From: Azolla caroliniana
Lineage: Eukaryota; Plantae; Polypodiophyta
Direction of reading: 5' to 3'
Assembly: GCA_043228905.1 (NCBI GenBank)
Contig: JBHGNT010000022.1
Span: 3,720,001 to 3,784,000, forward strand
DNA: 64,000 nucleotides
Shown piece after piece: positions 50,451 through 61,059 of the stretch. How positions within the stretch are numbered: the stretch's first letter is position 1; every line of letters starts with the position of its first letter. The translations under genes and the position numbers were made by a program. The notes beneath the pieces were generated by a model. That model was not told the origin of the DNA. It was given only the letters and a program-made list of their open reading frames with translations, and searched no databases.

Positions 50451-51368
50451 CCAAAGGGTGGTCATCTTGACTATCGGCGAGAAGATTTCGTCGTAGTCAA
50501 CCCCATGTTCCTATTTAAAACCTTTGGTGACAAGCCGAGCTTTGTATTTGGGCTTCTCCGAGTCAGATACATATTAGTATCTGAAGAACCATTTGCAGGG
50601 TACCGGCTTCCTTCCAATTGGTTATTTGACCAACTCCCATGTTTTGTTGTCTTTGATCAAATCCATCTCGGATCTCATGGCTTGTAGCCATGTGTCGGCA
50701 TTTGGCACGGCTATAGCTTCCTCATAAGATCTTGGTTCGCCTATGTCTGTGTAGTTGACGTAATCGAGGCCCAGTTGATAAAACCCTGTAAGCCATCCAA
50801 CTCATCTATATCTCTTGGGTGCCGAGATCTTTGGTTCAGATTCTTCAATCCTCTCAGTTGGTTGTTCAGTATTTCTTGAACCATCATCAAGAGTCTTCTG
50901 GGATGACTCGCCCTTGGTATAGGATTTTGGCGATGTTTGGTCACCTTCCCCTTCTTCGTGATCGAGTGACAGAGGTATTTGTGTCTTAGCCGATTCAGCT
51001 CGGTTTGACACTTTAGCCTCTTTGGGTGACTTGGTCATTTAGACTCTGTCATTTTCGCCTCCTGTCAATCTCTTAGTCGAATCGAATTTGACTAGTGGAC
51101 CTCTGGTCTATTCGGATTTGGCAAGGTGTTCGTTAGGTCGGTCGATTTCAACTAATTGTCGAATTGCCGACTGAGCGCCATGGGTCAATCCTTCCACGAC
51201 ATCTTTGTTGGTATCAAATCACACCATTTTGCTAACTATTTTTTGTTGGTTCCTCTAAGAGAAAATCGAGTCCTCATTGAAGACTACGTCACTGCTTCAA
51301 ATCAATTTCCGGTTCTCTGAGTCCGATAGTTGATAGGTGAATTCCCCATCAATTCCATAACCAAGAGA
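50451..51368 (-). mobile_element. Inverted fragment of a C5-related Copia (INT end, linker, RT start)
   Basis: Minus strand encodes LDYVNYTD..EP..WLQAM..WELV..PCKW..GVDYDEIFSPIVKMTT. Confidence 0.88.
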
Positions 51369-54164
51369 TGTTTGGAATTTGGTCCCTCTGGATGGGATCT
51401 GGATGAATCCGGCGGAAACCAGATCTAGGGACATATCTATAAATATGTTTCTGATTTGCCTATCATGGCTATATTTGTAAAGAGTCCTAAAGTCATATAA
51501 GTATAAATATGACTTAGGGAAGCCACTTTATGTGGTTGTATGAGTTGTTATCACTACTATTGTAAAGATAGAGACAGACATAACGAGAGAGAGAGAGAGA
51601 GATCTAGAAAGTTTTTCTGTTCTAACCACCGGTTGGCGAAGACATAGAGCTCAAGGTCATTGCTCTGAGTCTCGCTTTGTATCCTCTTCTCATAGGGATA
51701 GTTGGAGTTTGTGGGCTCCCGTGGTTATTCCCTATAAGGTTTTTCCACGTAAACATTTGGTGTCGTCTAATACTTTGTAAGTGCATTAATCTTATTTCTA
51801 TTTCGTGCTTTCTTCCATTGAGTGTTTAAGACTCGGTTGTCGCCGAGCGCGATTCCACACAATTTGGTATCAGAGCGAAGGTTCTAAACCTTGAAGAAAA
51901 TGGAAGAGTCATTTGAAAGCCTGTTCAAGCTCATCGGCTACAACTACCTAGTGTGGAAGTAGAAGATGAGGGACATGCTCATGGTCAAAGATCTCTAGCT
52001 GTCGATACAGTTCGGGGACAAGAAACTAGACAAGATCGATGCCACGACATGGGAGGTGATGCACATGAAGATGAAGGCATACATTCAATGCTTCATCGAC
52101 ATGAGCTTGTACAACAACTTCAATGAAGAAAGCAAGGCTCATGTGCTCTGGGACAAAATCGGCACCATGTTGGAGAGTAAAAACGTCGTTAATCAGGTTT
52201 CGGTATTCCGAAAGTTAGTGAGACTCTAGTACCAAGACGGATCCAGCATGACGGCGCACATGAATGCATTCCAGGGGCGCATAAATCAAACAACCTCATT
52301 AGATGTACCTCTAGCCGACGAGGTACTTGCGTTGCTCCTACTCGGTTCCCTCCCATATAGTTGAGGGGTCCGCTAGCTGTCACTTTGGGCAACACCGGGC
52401 CAGAAGGAAAACATTGTCCATAACAAGGGTAAAATCAAGCTTGCTGGATGACGACGCTTGCCGGAAGGACCGGGAGTCCGGAACCGATCCGAAGGCCTTC
52501 GTCATGGGAGATTACCATAACTGGGGAAGAGGCTGGAATTGGAGTCCCCAAAACTGGGACAAATCAGGGACGAGGTCGAAGTTAAGGGGGAGGCCCACTT
52601 GCTTTTATTGTGGAAATCCGGGGCACTTCCAAAAGAACTGCCGACACTTCCGGAAAGCCAAAGGGGGAGCCGACATTCCGGAACTGAAGAAGATTTCAGA
52701 AAGGAGAGGAACGTCAGCGATCATGATAAGTGAGGAAGAACTACTGCTAATCACCGAGGAGAGTGAGTTGCATCTTGTTAGTGACGGGACAACATGGGTT
52801 GTCGACTCCAGAGCGTCGTTCCATCAGTTGAACCTTATATCAGCCAGTCGGGTAGATGATGAGGGCTACACGGGTAACATCAGGAACTGAGTCATGAAAT
52901 TTTGCAAAGGGAGGTTGATCGTGGCTTAAGCCCGGAATATCAACACATTGTACCTGATTCAAGCCTGGATATGCTAGGAAGAAGTGAATGTGGCATCCGA
53001 AAACGCCGGTGAGTTGTGGCACAAGAGGTTGTGGCACTTGAGCCAAAAGGGAATGCGGAGACTTGCCAAAGATAACCTCATTCCGGAGGTGAAAGACGTG
53101 CATATTGAGAAGTGCACCGATTTCTTGACTGGAAAGAAAAACCGAACCTCTTTCCGGACAAGACCACCAATGAGACTAAATGCACCACTAGAATGTGTGC
53201 ATACCGATGTATGCCAAGTGGACACAAAGTAACACTCTGGATCGCACTACTTTGTGACGTTCATAGACGACCACGGCCGGAAGTTGTGGATCTCGCCACT
53301 GAAGACGAAGGATAGGTATTATCCGTCTTCAAGGACTTCCACGCGAGAGTGGAAAAGAAACCGACCAGAAGCTAAAGTTGGTTCAAGCAGACAACAGAGG
53401 AGAATACCGAGGGTAGTTCAAGGGGTACTTCTGGTCTAAGGGAATCCGACTCGAATTTACCATGCCGAAGACACAAGAACTGAACGGGCTGGTCAAAAGG
53501 ATAAATAGGGCCATTATGGAGAGAATCCAGAGCATGTTGGCACATGCTAAGTTGTCCAAGACGTTTTGGCCTGAGGCGATGATGACAATGACATATGTGA
53601 TAAATAGATCACCCTCAACACCCTTGGACGAAGACACACCACAAAGAGTATGGACCAGTAAAGACGTGTCTTACAAGCATCTAAAGTTGTTCGATTGCCT
53701 TGCTTACGTGCATGTTGCAAAGGACAAGAGAGCAAAATTGGATCCGAAGTCCCGGTCGTGTATATTCCTTGGATACGGTGATGATGAGTTTGGATACCGA
53801 GTGTGGGACTTGGTCGACAAGAAGGTGTTGCGGAGTCAAGACATAATCTTCATGGAAGACAAGAGTATTGTCAACTGGGAGACGAATAAGAAGATAGTAG
53901 ACTCTGGATTGACCGACAGGACCCATCCTGCCAGAAGCTGGATAACACTCAAAGAACTGGACGGAATCGAACAAGAGACCGAAGCGATCGAAGAAGAAGA
54001 AGATCTGAACATCGGAACCGAACAAGACCCCGAATCGGATTCGGATGAAGAACAAATGGAGGAACTGCTCGCCGAAGACCAAGGAAGAAGATATCGTCTC
54101 AGGGAGAGGAGAGCCCCCCGGAGATTCCTGGACGCACAACATGTGTTGTTCACAGACAAGGGGG
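51369..54164 (+). mobile_element. Ty1/Copia element C6 (C1 family), degenerate, cut by C7
   Basis: LTR 51369-51861, PBS 51865-51876, gag ATG 51900, CFYCGNPGH..C, INT 53462-53880. Confidence 0.92.
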
Positions 54165-54237
54165 TGTTGGGAGACAGGTCCCTCCGGATGGGAAGAGAGA
54201 AGAACAGTGCCGATGAACAAACTAGACCGAGGCCGAA

Positions 54238-54600
54238 ACCGGATGAGGAGTACCCGGCTACGGAGAGCCGGATGATATAGACCGGGTGAAGACCGGATGA
54301 GGAGTACCCGGCTATAGAGACCCGGATGATATAGACCCGGTGAAGACCGGATGAGGAGTACCCGGCTACAGAGAGCCGGATGAGGAGTACCTGGCTACGG
54401 AGAGCCGGATGGTATAGACCCGATGAAGACCGGATGAGGAGTACCCAGCTACGGAGAGCCGGATGGTATAGACCCGGTGAAGACCGGATGAGGAGTACCC
54501 GGCTACGGAGAGCCGGATGGTACAGACCCGGTGAGAACCGGATGAGAAGTACTCGGTTACGGAGAGCCGGATGGTGCAGACCCGGTGAGAACCGGATGAA
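54238..54600 (+). repeat. About 6.5 x 54-bp CCGG-rich tandem repeat in C7 LTR U3
   Basis: Unit ACCGGATGAGGAGTACCCGGCTACGGAGAGCCGGATGGTATAGACCCGGTGAAG at 54238, 54292 and onward. Confidence 0.92.
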
Positions 54601-54749
54601 GAGACATATTCGTAAATATGTTTCTGAGAGTCCATCATGGCTATATTTGTAAATAGCCGAAAAGTCATATTAGTATAAATATGACTTAGGGCAAACTTTT
54701 AACTTGTGTTGTTGTCATTCTTGTTGGTGCAAGGAGAGAGATAGCGCGT

Positions 54750-55080
54750 AACACAACTAACGAGTAATCCTACGTTAATAACGAGCCAAACTCCGCGATA
54801 GAGAGGTTCAATTTCCGGGAGGATTTATCCATCTGTAATGAGAATGACATTGATAAGAGTATAAACAGAAACGTCTCCAACTTATATTTCAATGACGAGT
54901 GAAGCAATCGAGCTACCTACACCAGTCTAGTCTAACCTTTTGGCGGCTCTTTCCGATGAACAGAGATATGAATAGAAGATATCTCCGAGGGAAACCTCAC
55001 AACCTAGTAGTCAACGTGGCGATAATGACATTTATCAATATGCCACTGATTACTTACTGGGATCGTCATAGATGATTAAT
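54750..55080. other. 331-bp unclassified insertion in C7 LTR
   Basis: Absent from related C1 and C6 LTRs; flanked by GCGT at 54746-54749 and 55081-55084. Confidence 0.6.
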
Positions 55081-56907
55081 GCGTGCAAAGAGAGAGAGAG
55101 AGAGAGAAAGAGGTCATTGCCTTAGTTGTAACCGCCGCCTGTGGCGAAGATCGTGAGCACGAGGTCGTTGCCTCCGTGAACTCACTGTTGTACATTCTTA
55201 CATAGTGATAGTTTGCAGCCTGTGGGCTGCTATGGTTTTTTCCCTTAGTTTGGGGTTTTCCACATAAACCTCCTGTGTACTCTTCTCTTCTTTGTGTCGT
55301 TTATTATTTCCCGTTTTCTGTGTATGATTCTAAGCTCGGTTGTAGCCGAGCGTTGTGGATAAGGAACGTTGACCTCCCATCAAGTGGTATCAGAGCAAAA
55401 CCACACAGAAAATGGACGAATCGTTGGGCGGCATGTTCAAGCTCACCGGCTCCAACTTTTCAGTGTGGAAGTCGAAGATGAGGGATATGCTCGTGGTTAA
55501 AGATCTTTGGTTGCCGGTTCAGTTCGGGGACAAGAGACCGGACAAAATCGATGCCGCGATATGGGAGGTGATGCACATGAAGACAATGGCGTACATACGG
55601 TGCTTCATCAACATGAGCTTATACAACAACTTCAATGAAGAGAGCAAGGCTCATGAGCTCTGGGAGAAGATCGGCATTATGTTTCAAAACAAAAATGGTG
55701 TTAATCAGGTTTCGGTATTCCGAAAGCTAGTAAGACTCCGGTACCAAGATGGCTCTAGCATGGCGGAGCACATGAATGCCTTCCAGGGGCTGATACACCA
55801 GGCAACGTCATTGGAAGTACCTCTCGCTGACGTGGTACTAGCACTACTCCTGCTCGGTTCCCTCCCGGATAGCTGGGAGACGTTGGTTGTCACTTTTGGC
55901 AACGCCGGGCCGGAAGGAAAGCGGTTATCCCTAGCAAGAGTAAAGTCGAGCTTGCTAGATGAGGAGGCGCGTCGGAAAGATAAAGATACGAGCTCCGACT
56001 CCAAAGCGCTCCTTACCGAATCGGAACGCGGAGGACAAAGAAACCGTAGTACCCAGAACCGGGACAAGTCGGGAACATGGTCAAAGTCAAGGGGAAGGCC
56101 CACTTACTTCTATTGCGGCAAGCCGGGACACTTCCAAAAGAACTGTCGGCATTTCCGAAAAGATAAGGAGACCAATGGTAACGATTCAAAGCGGACCCCG
56201 GACAGGAATGGTAAAGACCGGAGGGGGCCTTACCGGTGTCGCGTAAATACGACGAGGATACGTGAACTTTGAGGCAAGACCCCGGGCCCTCCGACCAGAG
56301 GATAATCACATTTATGCGTTTATATTTTTAACAATTAACAGAAAGAAGAAATTTAATAATTTTCATTAACAAAGGAAAAAGAAATTACAATATGTCCCAA
56401 GATTGGGATTTAGAAGTTTTAGGTTTACTAAGATTAATAGAAAAGAAAAATTAGGGGTTTTGAGAGATATGGCTTCCGTAGGGAAGATTAGGATTAGGTT
56501 ATATGAGTATTATGGCTTCCGTAGGGAAGATTAGGGTTTTTGAGTGTTATGGCTTCCGTAGGGAATTTTAGGGTTTATGAGAGTTATGGCTTCCCTAAGA
56601 TAAGGGAGTTGAGAAGAAAATTAAGATAATATGGAGAGTATCCCCAGTATAGGAAAAAAAATGGAATTATATATGGAGTTCCTCGTTGATCATAGCCTTT
56701 CCACTTTTTGTTGCATGGCCTCTACTTTTAGTTGCCTAGCTTTTTCTTTTGGTTGCATGTGACTGTCCACATGACCTTTACTTTTTCCATGCACTCCCTT
56801 CTTTAGTTGCTTGCGTCCACATGGCCTTTACTTTAGTTCTCTTCACTTTACTTTAGTTTGTTGCATGATCCAATCTTTCGTCCGTCCGCATCCAACCTCG
56901 TCCGGTA

Positions 56908-57416
56908 GCCGGTTCCTTTTTGCTTGCCGACCGGTTACGGTTTGCTTGCCGGTTCCAGTTCTGGTTTTGCTTGCCGGCCCGTTCCAGTTTGCTTGCCGGC
57001 TTGTTTCCGGTTTGCTTGCCGATTCCGATTCCGGTTTTGCTTGCCGGCCGGTTCCGGTTTTGCTTACCAGCCGATTTCCGGTTTGCATACCCGTTCCGGT
57101 TCCGGTTTGCTTGCCGACCGGTTCCGGTTTTGCATACCGGTCGGTTTCCGAATTGCTTACCAGCCGGTTTCCGGATTTGCTTATCGGACCCATTTTCTGG
57201 ATTTGCTTACCGGCCGGTTCCAGTTTTGCTTACCAGCCGATTTCCGGTTTGCATACCCGTTCCGATTCCGGTTTGCTTGCCGACCGGTTCCGGTTTTGCA
57301 TACCGGTCAGTTTCCGGATTGCATACCAGCCGGTTTCCGGATTTGCTTACCGGCCCATTTCCGGATTTGCTTATCGGACCCATTTTCCGAATTTGCTTAC
57401 CGGCTGGTTTCCAGTT
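56908..57416. repeat. About 21-24-bp CCGG-rich minisatellite (TTTGCTTRCCGG..TTCCGG) in N2 LTR; shorter array at about 60396-60745
   Basis: Directly visible tandem units; source of the repetitive ORFs in the track. Confidence 0.92.
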
Positions 57417-58562
57417 TTAAGGAATTTGGCCACCATCATCCATCAAGACAAAGTGGCCAAAGTGCTCTTAGCACAAATGAAAAATGAGGGAGCTCAAGGT
57501 GTTTATATAGCCAGGACCTTAACTTTCCTATCTATGTGGGATAGTTCTAATTTCCCTATCTAATCAAACTTTATTTTCTCATAACTTGGTATGTATTTCT
57601 CCATTTTGTATATAGTAAAATACATTTTGAAGCTCTTGAGTATATCCTTCTTTCTATAGTAAGCTACTAATCTAATCTATAATAATTATTTCATTATTTT
57701 TTTACATAGTGTGTGAAGATTCACACGACATTCACCCCCACCAAACCTGCACATCCACCGGTATGTGCCAATTGTGATGAGGGTCCATTTTTGTTTACTT
57801 TAATTTTTCGTTGATGTACCCAAATCGCCATTGCCATTCGATCCACCATATTCTTCGCTCAATTTGTGTATTTCCATGACCGATTTTCATGGCTCTCTTT
57901 GGTCCTCTAGAGCATAATGCTTCACTCCTTATGCATGTGCCACCTTCATCTCGGCCATCTCCTTGGTCATCTAATTTTCTCTTATCATTCTTTCTTGTTC
58001 CATGCATGTCTTTCAAAGGCCTTATCGAAGTACTATTGTTGAGTACTCTTAGTGGTCCATTCTTTAATGACATGCTCTCTTGTAGGTCCTTAAGTGACCA
58101 CATTGTATGCTTCCCACTTTGTCCACTTTTGTGGTATACTCTTGTGTTAGAATTGACTATGACTTCTTTGCTAGTATTATCCTTGTTAGATTTTGTGATC
58201 ACATCTTTCGTATCCGATTGGCCCACTTGGCCCCCATCTTTACTTTTTGAGGTTTGCTTGGTCTCTTTGTCGCACACATTTGCTTTTGTCTTCATGCTTT
58301 GCTTGACCTCTTTGTCGCACACATGGACTTTTGTCATTTTGCTTTGCTTTACTTCCTTGTTGCACACATTGGCTTTAACCCTTGCTTCCTCGCCGCCATC
58401 GTCCTTCTCTTGGGTCTTACATCGATTAATGCCCAAGTCTTTCAAACGAGTGTGGAGGAATTTTGTAGTTTGGCATTGACTTTGTCGTGCTACTCTTTGC
58501 CACTTCCACCTTATGGTTGTTCGTGTTGACGTTGATCTTTGTTTCTTTGCCGCCACCGTCCT

Positions 58563-59678
58563 TCACTTGGGTCTTACATCGGTTAATGCCCAAGTCTCAA
58601 GAACTTTTGTGGGGAAAGTCTCTTCATGATCGTCTTCTACCCTCTTCGGCTTAACGTCTCCTTCTTCTTCGCATGTATTAGCCTTGACCTTCACTTCCTC
58701 GCCGCCACCTTCCGTCTCTTGGGTCTCACGTTTGCTTTCCGACGCATCTGCCCAAGTCTCTAGAACAAGTGTGGAGAAAGTCTTGACACGGCCATCTGCC
58801 ATTGACTGGTCTTTAGCCACCTCTGACTCAATGTCGTTTCTCGTGGCTACCTCCTCAATCATGTTGACCTTACACTTTTCATCTCCCTTGATCATGTAAG
58901 CTTTGCTCATGCTAGCACCTTCATCACTTGATGTTTCGGACACGATGCGTGTTCCGAAACATTTGTCTTCGCTTGAAGTGGCATTCGCCACCCTCAATTC
59001 ATTGGTTTCTTTCTTTTTCATTCTTTCTTTGCAAGATGAAAAGGTCTCTTGTTCCACACCTTCTTCCATGGTTACATAGTGGTACCGAACCTGGGCCTTT
59101 GTATCAGCCGTAACATTAATCCGCATTTGTTGGGAGGCCTCTTCTTCCTTGCTCATCATTTGCTTCAATTTTTGCTCCTTTTGAAGCTTCTCTTCAGCCT
59201 CAACTTGCGTCTTTAAGTTCTCGAATGCCTCTTCCATCAAGACTTCTATGTCGAGTATTGTTGAACCTTCCCTCTTCGAGTTTTCTTCTTTAGGTGGTAG
59301 TTTGTAGTTGCTTCCCGTCCTCTTTTCACCATCCCTAGTACGTTGTGTTGTCACCGATGAGAATCTTGCCTTCCTCTCATCGTGAAGTCGACATACTCTT
59401 TCCACTTTCGTCCAATCTTCTGTGAGGCCATTTGCACCATCGTCATCTTCAAGTCGGATTCCAATGGCATTCCTTTCCTTCCGGTCTATCGATTTCACAA
59501 ACATTAGGACTTTTTCCACCCCCACCAATCTTTGATCCCGCTCCGAGAGTTGTGCAAAGCGACACTCGAACTCAACGAAAGCATGCATGGCACTTTGGTG
59601 GGTATTTAATGATGATACCCATTGATCAAACTCGTATAGTTTGCATCTCTTCGGTTCTTTGTATCTATATGCCTCCAT
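58563..59678 (-). CDS. Truncated Gag-derived protein with E/K-rich low-complexity tail
   Basis: EFECRFAQLS..FVKSID..LEDDDG..LTEDW..V.RVC versus G3 EFEERFARVS..FVKSVN..LETDDGLTADW..V.RVS. Confidence 0.75.
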   Translation of the reverse strand: MEAYRYKEPKRCKLYEFDQWVSSLNTHQSAMHAFVEFECRFAQLSERDQRLVGVEKVLMFVKSIDRKERNAIGIRLEDDDGANGLTEDWTKVERVCRLHDERKARFSSVTTQRTRDGEKRTGSNYKLPPKEENSKREGSTILDIEVLMEEAFENLKTQVEAEEKLQKEQKLKQMMSKEEEASQQMRINVTADTKAQVRYHYVTMEEGVEQETFSSCKERMKKKETNELRVANATSSEDKCFGTRIVSETSSDEGASMSKAYMIKGDEKCKVNMIEEVATRNDIESEVAKDQSMADGRVKTFSTLVLETWADASESKRETQETEGGGEEVKVKANTCEEEGDVKPKRVEDDHEETFPTKVLETWALTDVRPK

Positions 59679-61059
59679 GAGATATCCTCTTACCGCCTCG
59701 TTTCACGTCGGGTTCACCAAAGATGTCGCGTAAATACGACGAGGATACGTGAGCTTTGAGGCAAGACCCCGGGGCCTCCGACAAGAGGATAATCACATTT
59801 ATGCGTTTATATTTTTAACAATTAACAGAAAGAAGAAATTTAATAATTTTCATTAACAAAGGAAAAAGAAATTACAATATGTCCCAAGATTGGGATTTAG
59901 AAGTTTTAGGTTTACTAAGATTAATAGAAAAGAAAAATTAGGGGTTTTGAGAGATATGGCTTCCGTAGGGAAGATTAGGATTAGGTTATATGAGTATTAT
60001 GGCTTCCGTAGGGAAGATTAGGGTTTTTGAGTGTTATGGCTTCCGTAGGGAATTTTAGGGTTTATGAGAGTTATGGCTTCCCTAAGATAAGGGAGTTGAG
60101 AAGAAAATTAAGATAATATGGAGAGTATCCCCAGTATAGGAAAAAAAATGGAATTATATATGGAGTTCCTCGTTGATCATAGCCTTTCCACTTTTTGTTG
60201 CATGGCCTCTACTTTTAGTTGCCTAGCTTTTTCTTTTGGTTGCATGTGACTGTCCACATGACCTTTACTTTTTCCATGCACTCCCTTCTTTAGTTGCTTG
60301 CGTCCACATGGCCTTTACTTTAGTTCTCTTCACTTTACTTTAGTTTGTTGCATGATCCAATCTTTCGTCCGTCCGCATCCAACCTCGTCCGGTAGCCGGT
60401 TCCATTTTGCTTGCCGGCTGGTTCCGGTTCCGGTTTTGCTTGCCGGCCCGTTCCGGTTTGCTTGCCGGTTCCGATTCCGGTTTTGCTTGCCGGCCGGTTT
60501 CTAGTTTGCTTGCCGGTTCCGGTTCCAGTTTTGCTTGCCAACCGGTTCTGGTTTTGCTTACCAACCAATTTCCGGTTTGCATACCCATTCCGATTCTGAT
60601 TTGCTTGCCGGCCGATTCCAGTTTTGCACACCGGCCGGTTTCCGGATTGCATACCAGCCGATTTCCGGATTTGCTTACCGGCCCGTTTCCGGATTTGCTT
60701 ACCGGACCCGTTTCCCGAATTTGCTTACCGACCGGTTTCAGGTTTTAAGGAATTTGGCCACCATCATCCATCAAGACAAAGTGGCCAAAGTGCTCTTAGC
60801 ACAAATGAAAAATGAGGGAGCTCAAGGTGTTTATATAGCCAGGACCTTAACTTTCCTATCTATGTGGGATAGTTCTAATTTCCCTATCTAATCAAACTTT
60901 ATTTTCTCATAACTTAGTATGTATTTCTCCATTTTGTATATAGTAAAATACATTTTGAAGCTCTTGAGTATATCCTTCTTTCTATAGTAAGCTACTAATC
61001 TAATCTATAATAATTATTTCATTATTTTTTTACATAGTGTGTGAAGATTCACACGACAC

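Larger units (their letters stand above)
56237..61058 (-). mobile_element. Non-autonomous gag-only Gypsy element N2 (tRNA-Trp family)
   Basis: LTRs 56237-57730 and 59724-61058 (TGTCG..CGACA), TSD CCGG, tRNA-Trp PBS 59702-59719, PPT region from 57731; ORF 58563-59678 N-terminus aligns with G3 gag; no pol. Confidence 0.93.

Noticed and set aside
54366-54668. 18-aa repeat ORFs or CRISPR-like periodicity
   Set aside because: Head-to-tail 54-bp units with no unique spacers, inside a Copia LTR in eukaryotic DNA
54953-55000. CCGATGA...GAAAC as a retrozyme hammerhead
   Set aside because: Core mismatch, and GAAA forms its own tetraloop hairpin; stems I and III not found
56445-56600. TTAGGG/TTTAGGG words as interstitial telomere
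   Set aside because: Isolated words within ATGGCTTCCGTAGGGAA LTR sub-repeats, not a tandem tract
56811-57563. Repetitive ORFs (FACRPVPV...) on both strands, also 60298-60891
   Set aside because: Translations of the LTR minisatellite; open in several frames because the units lack stops
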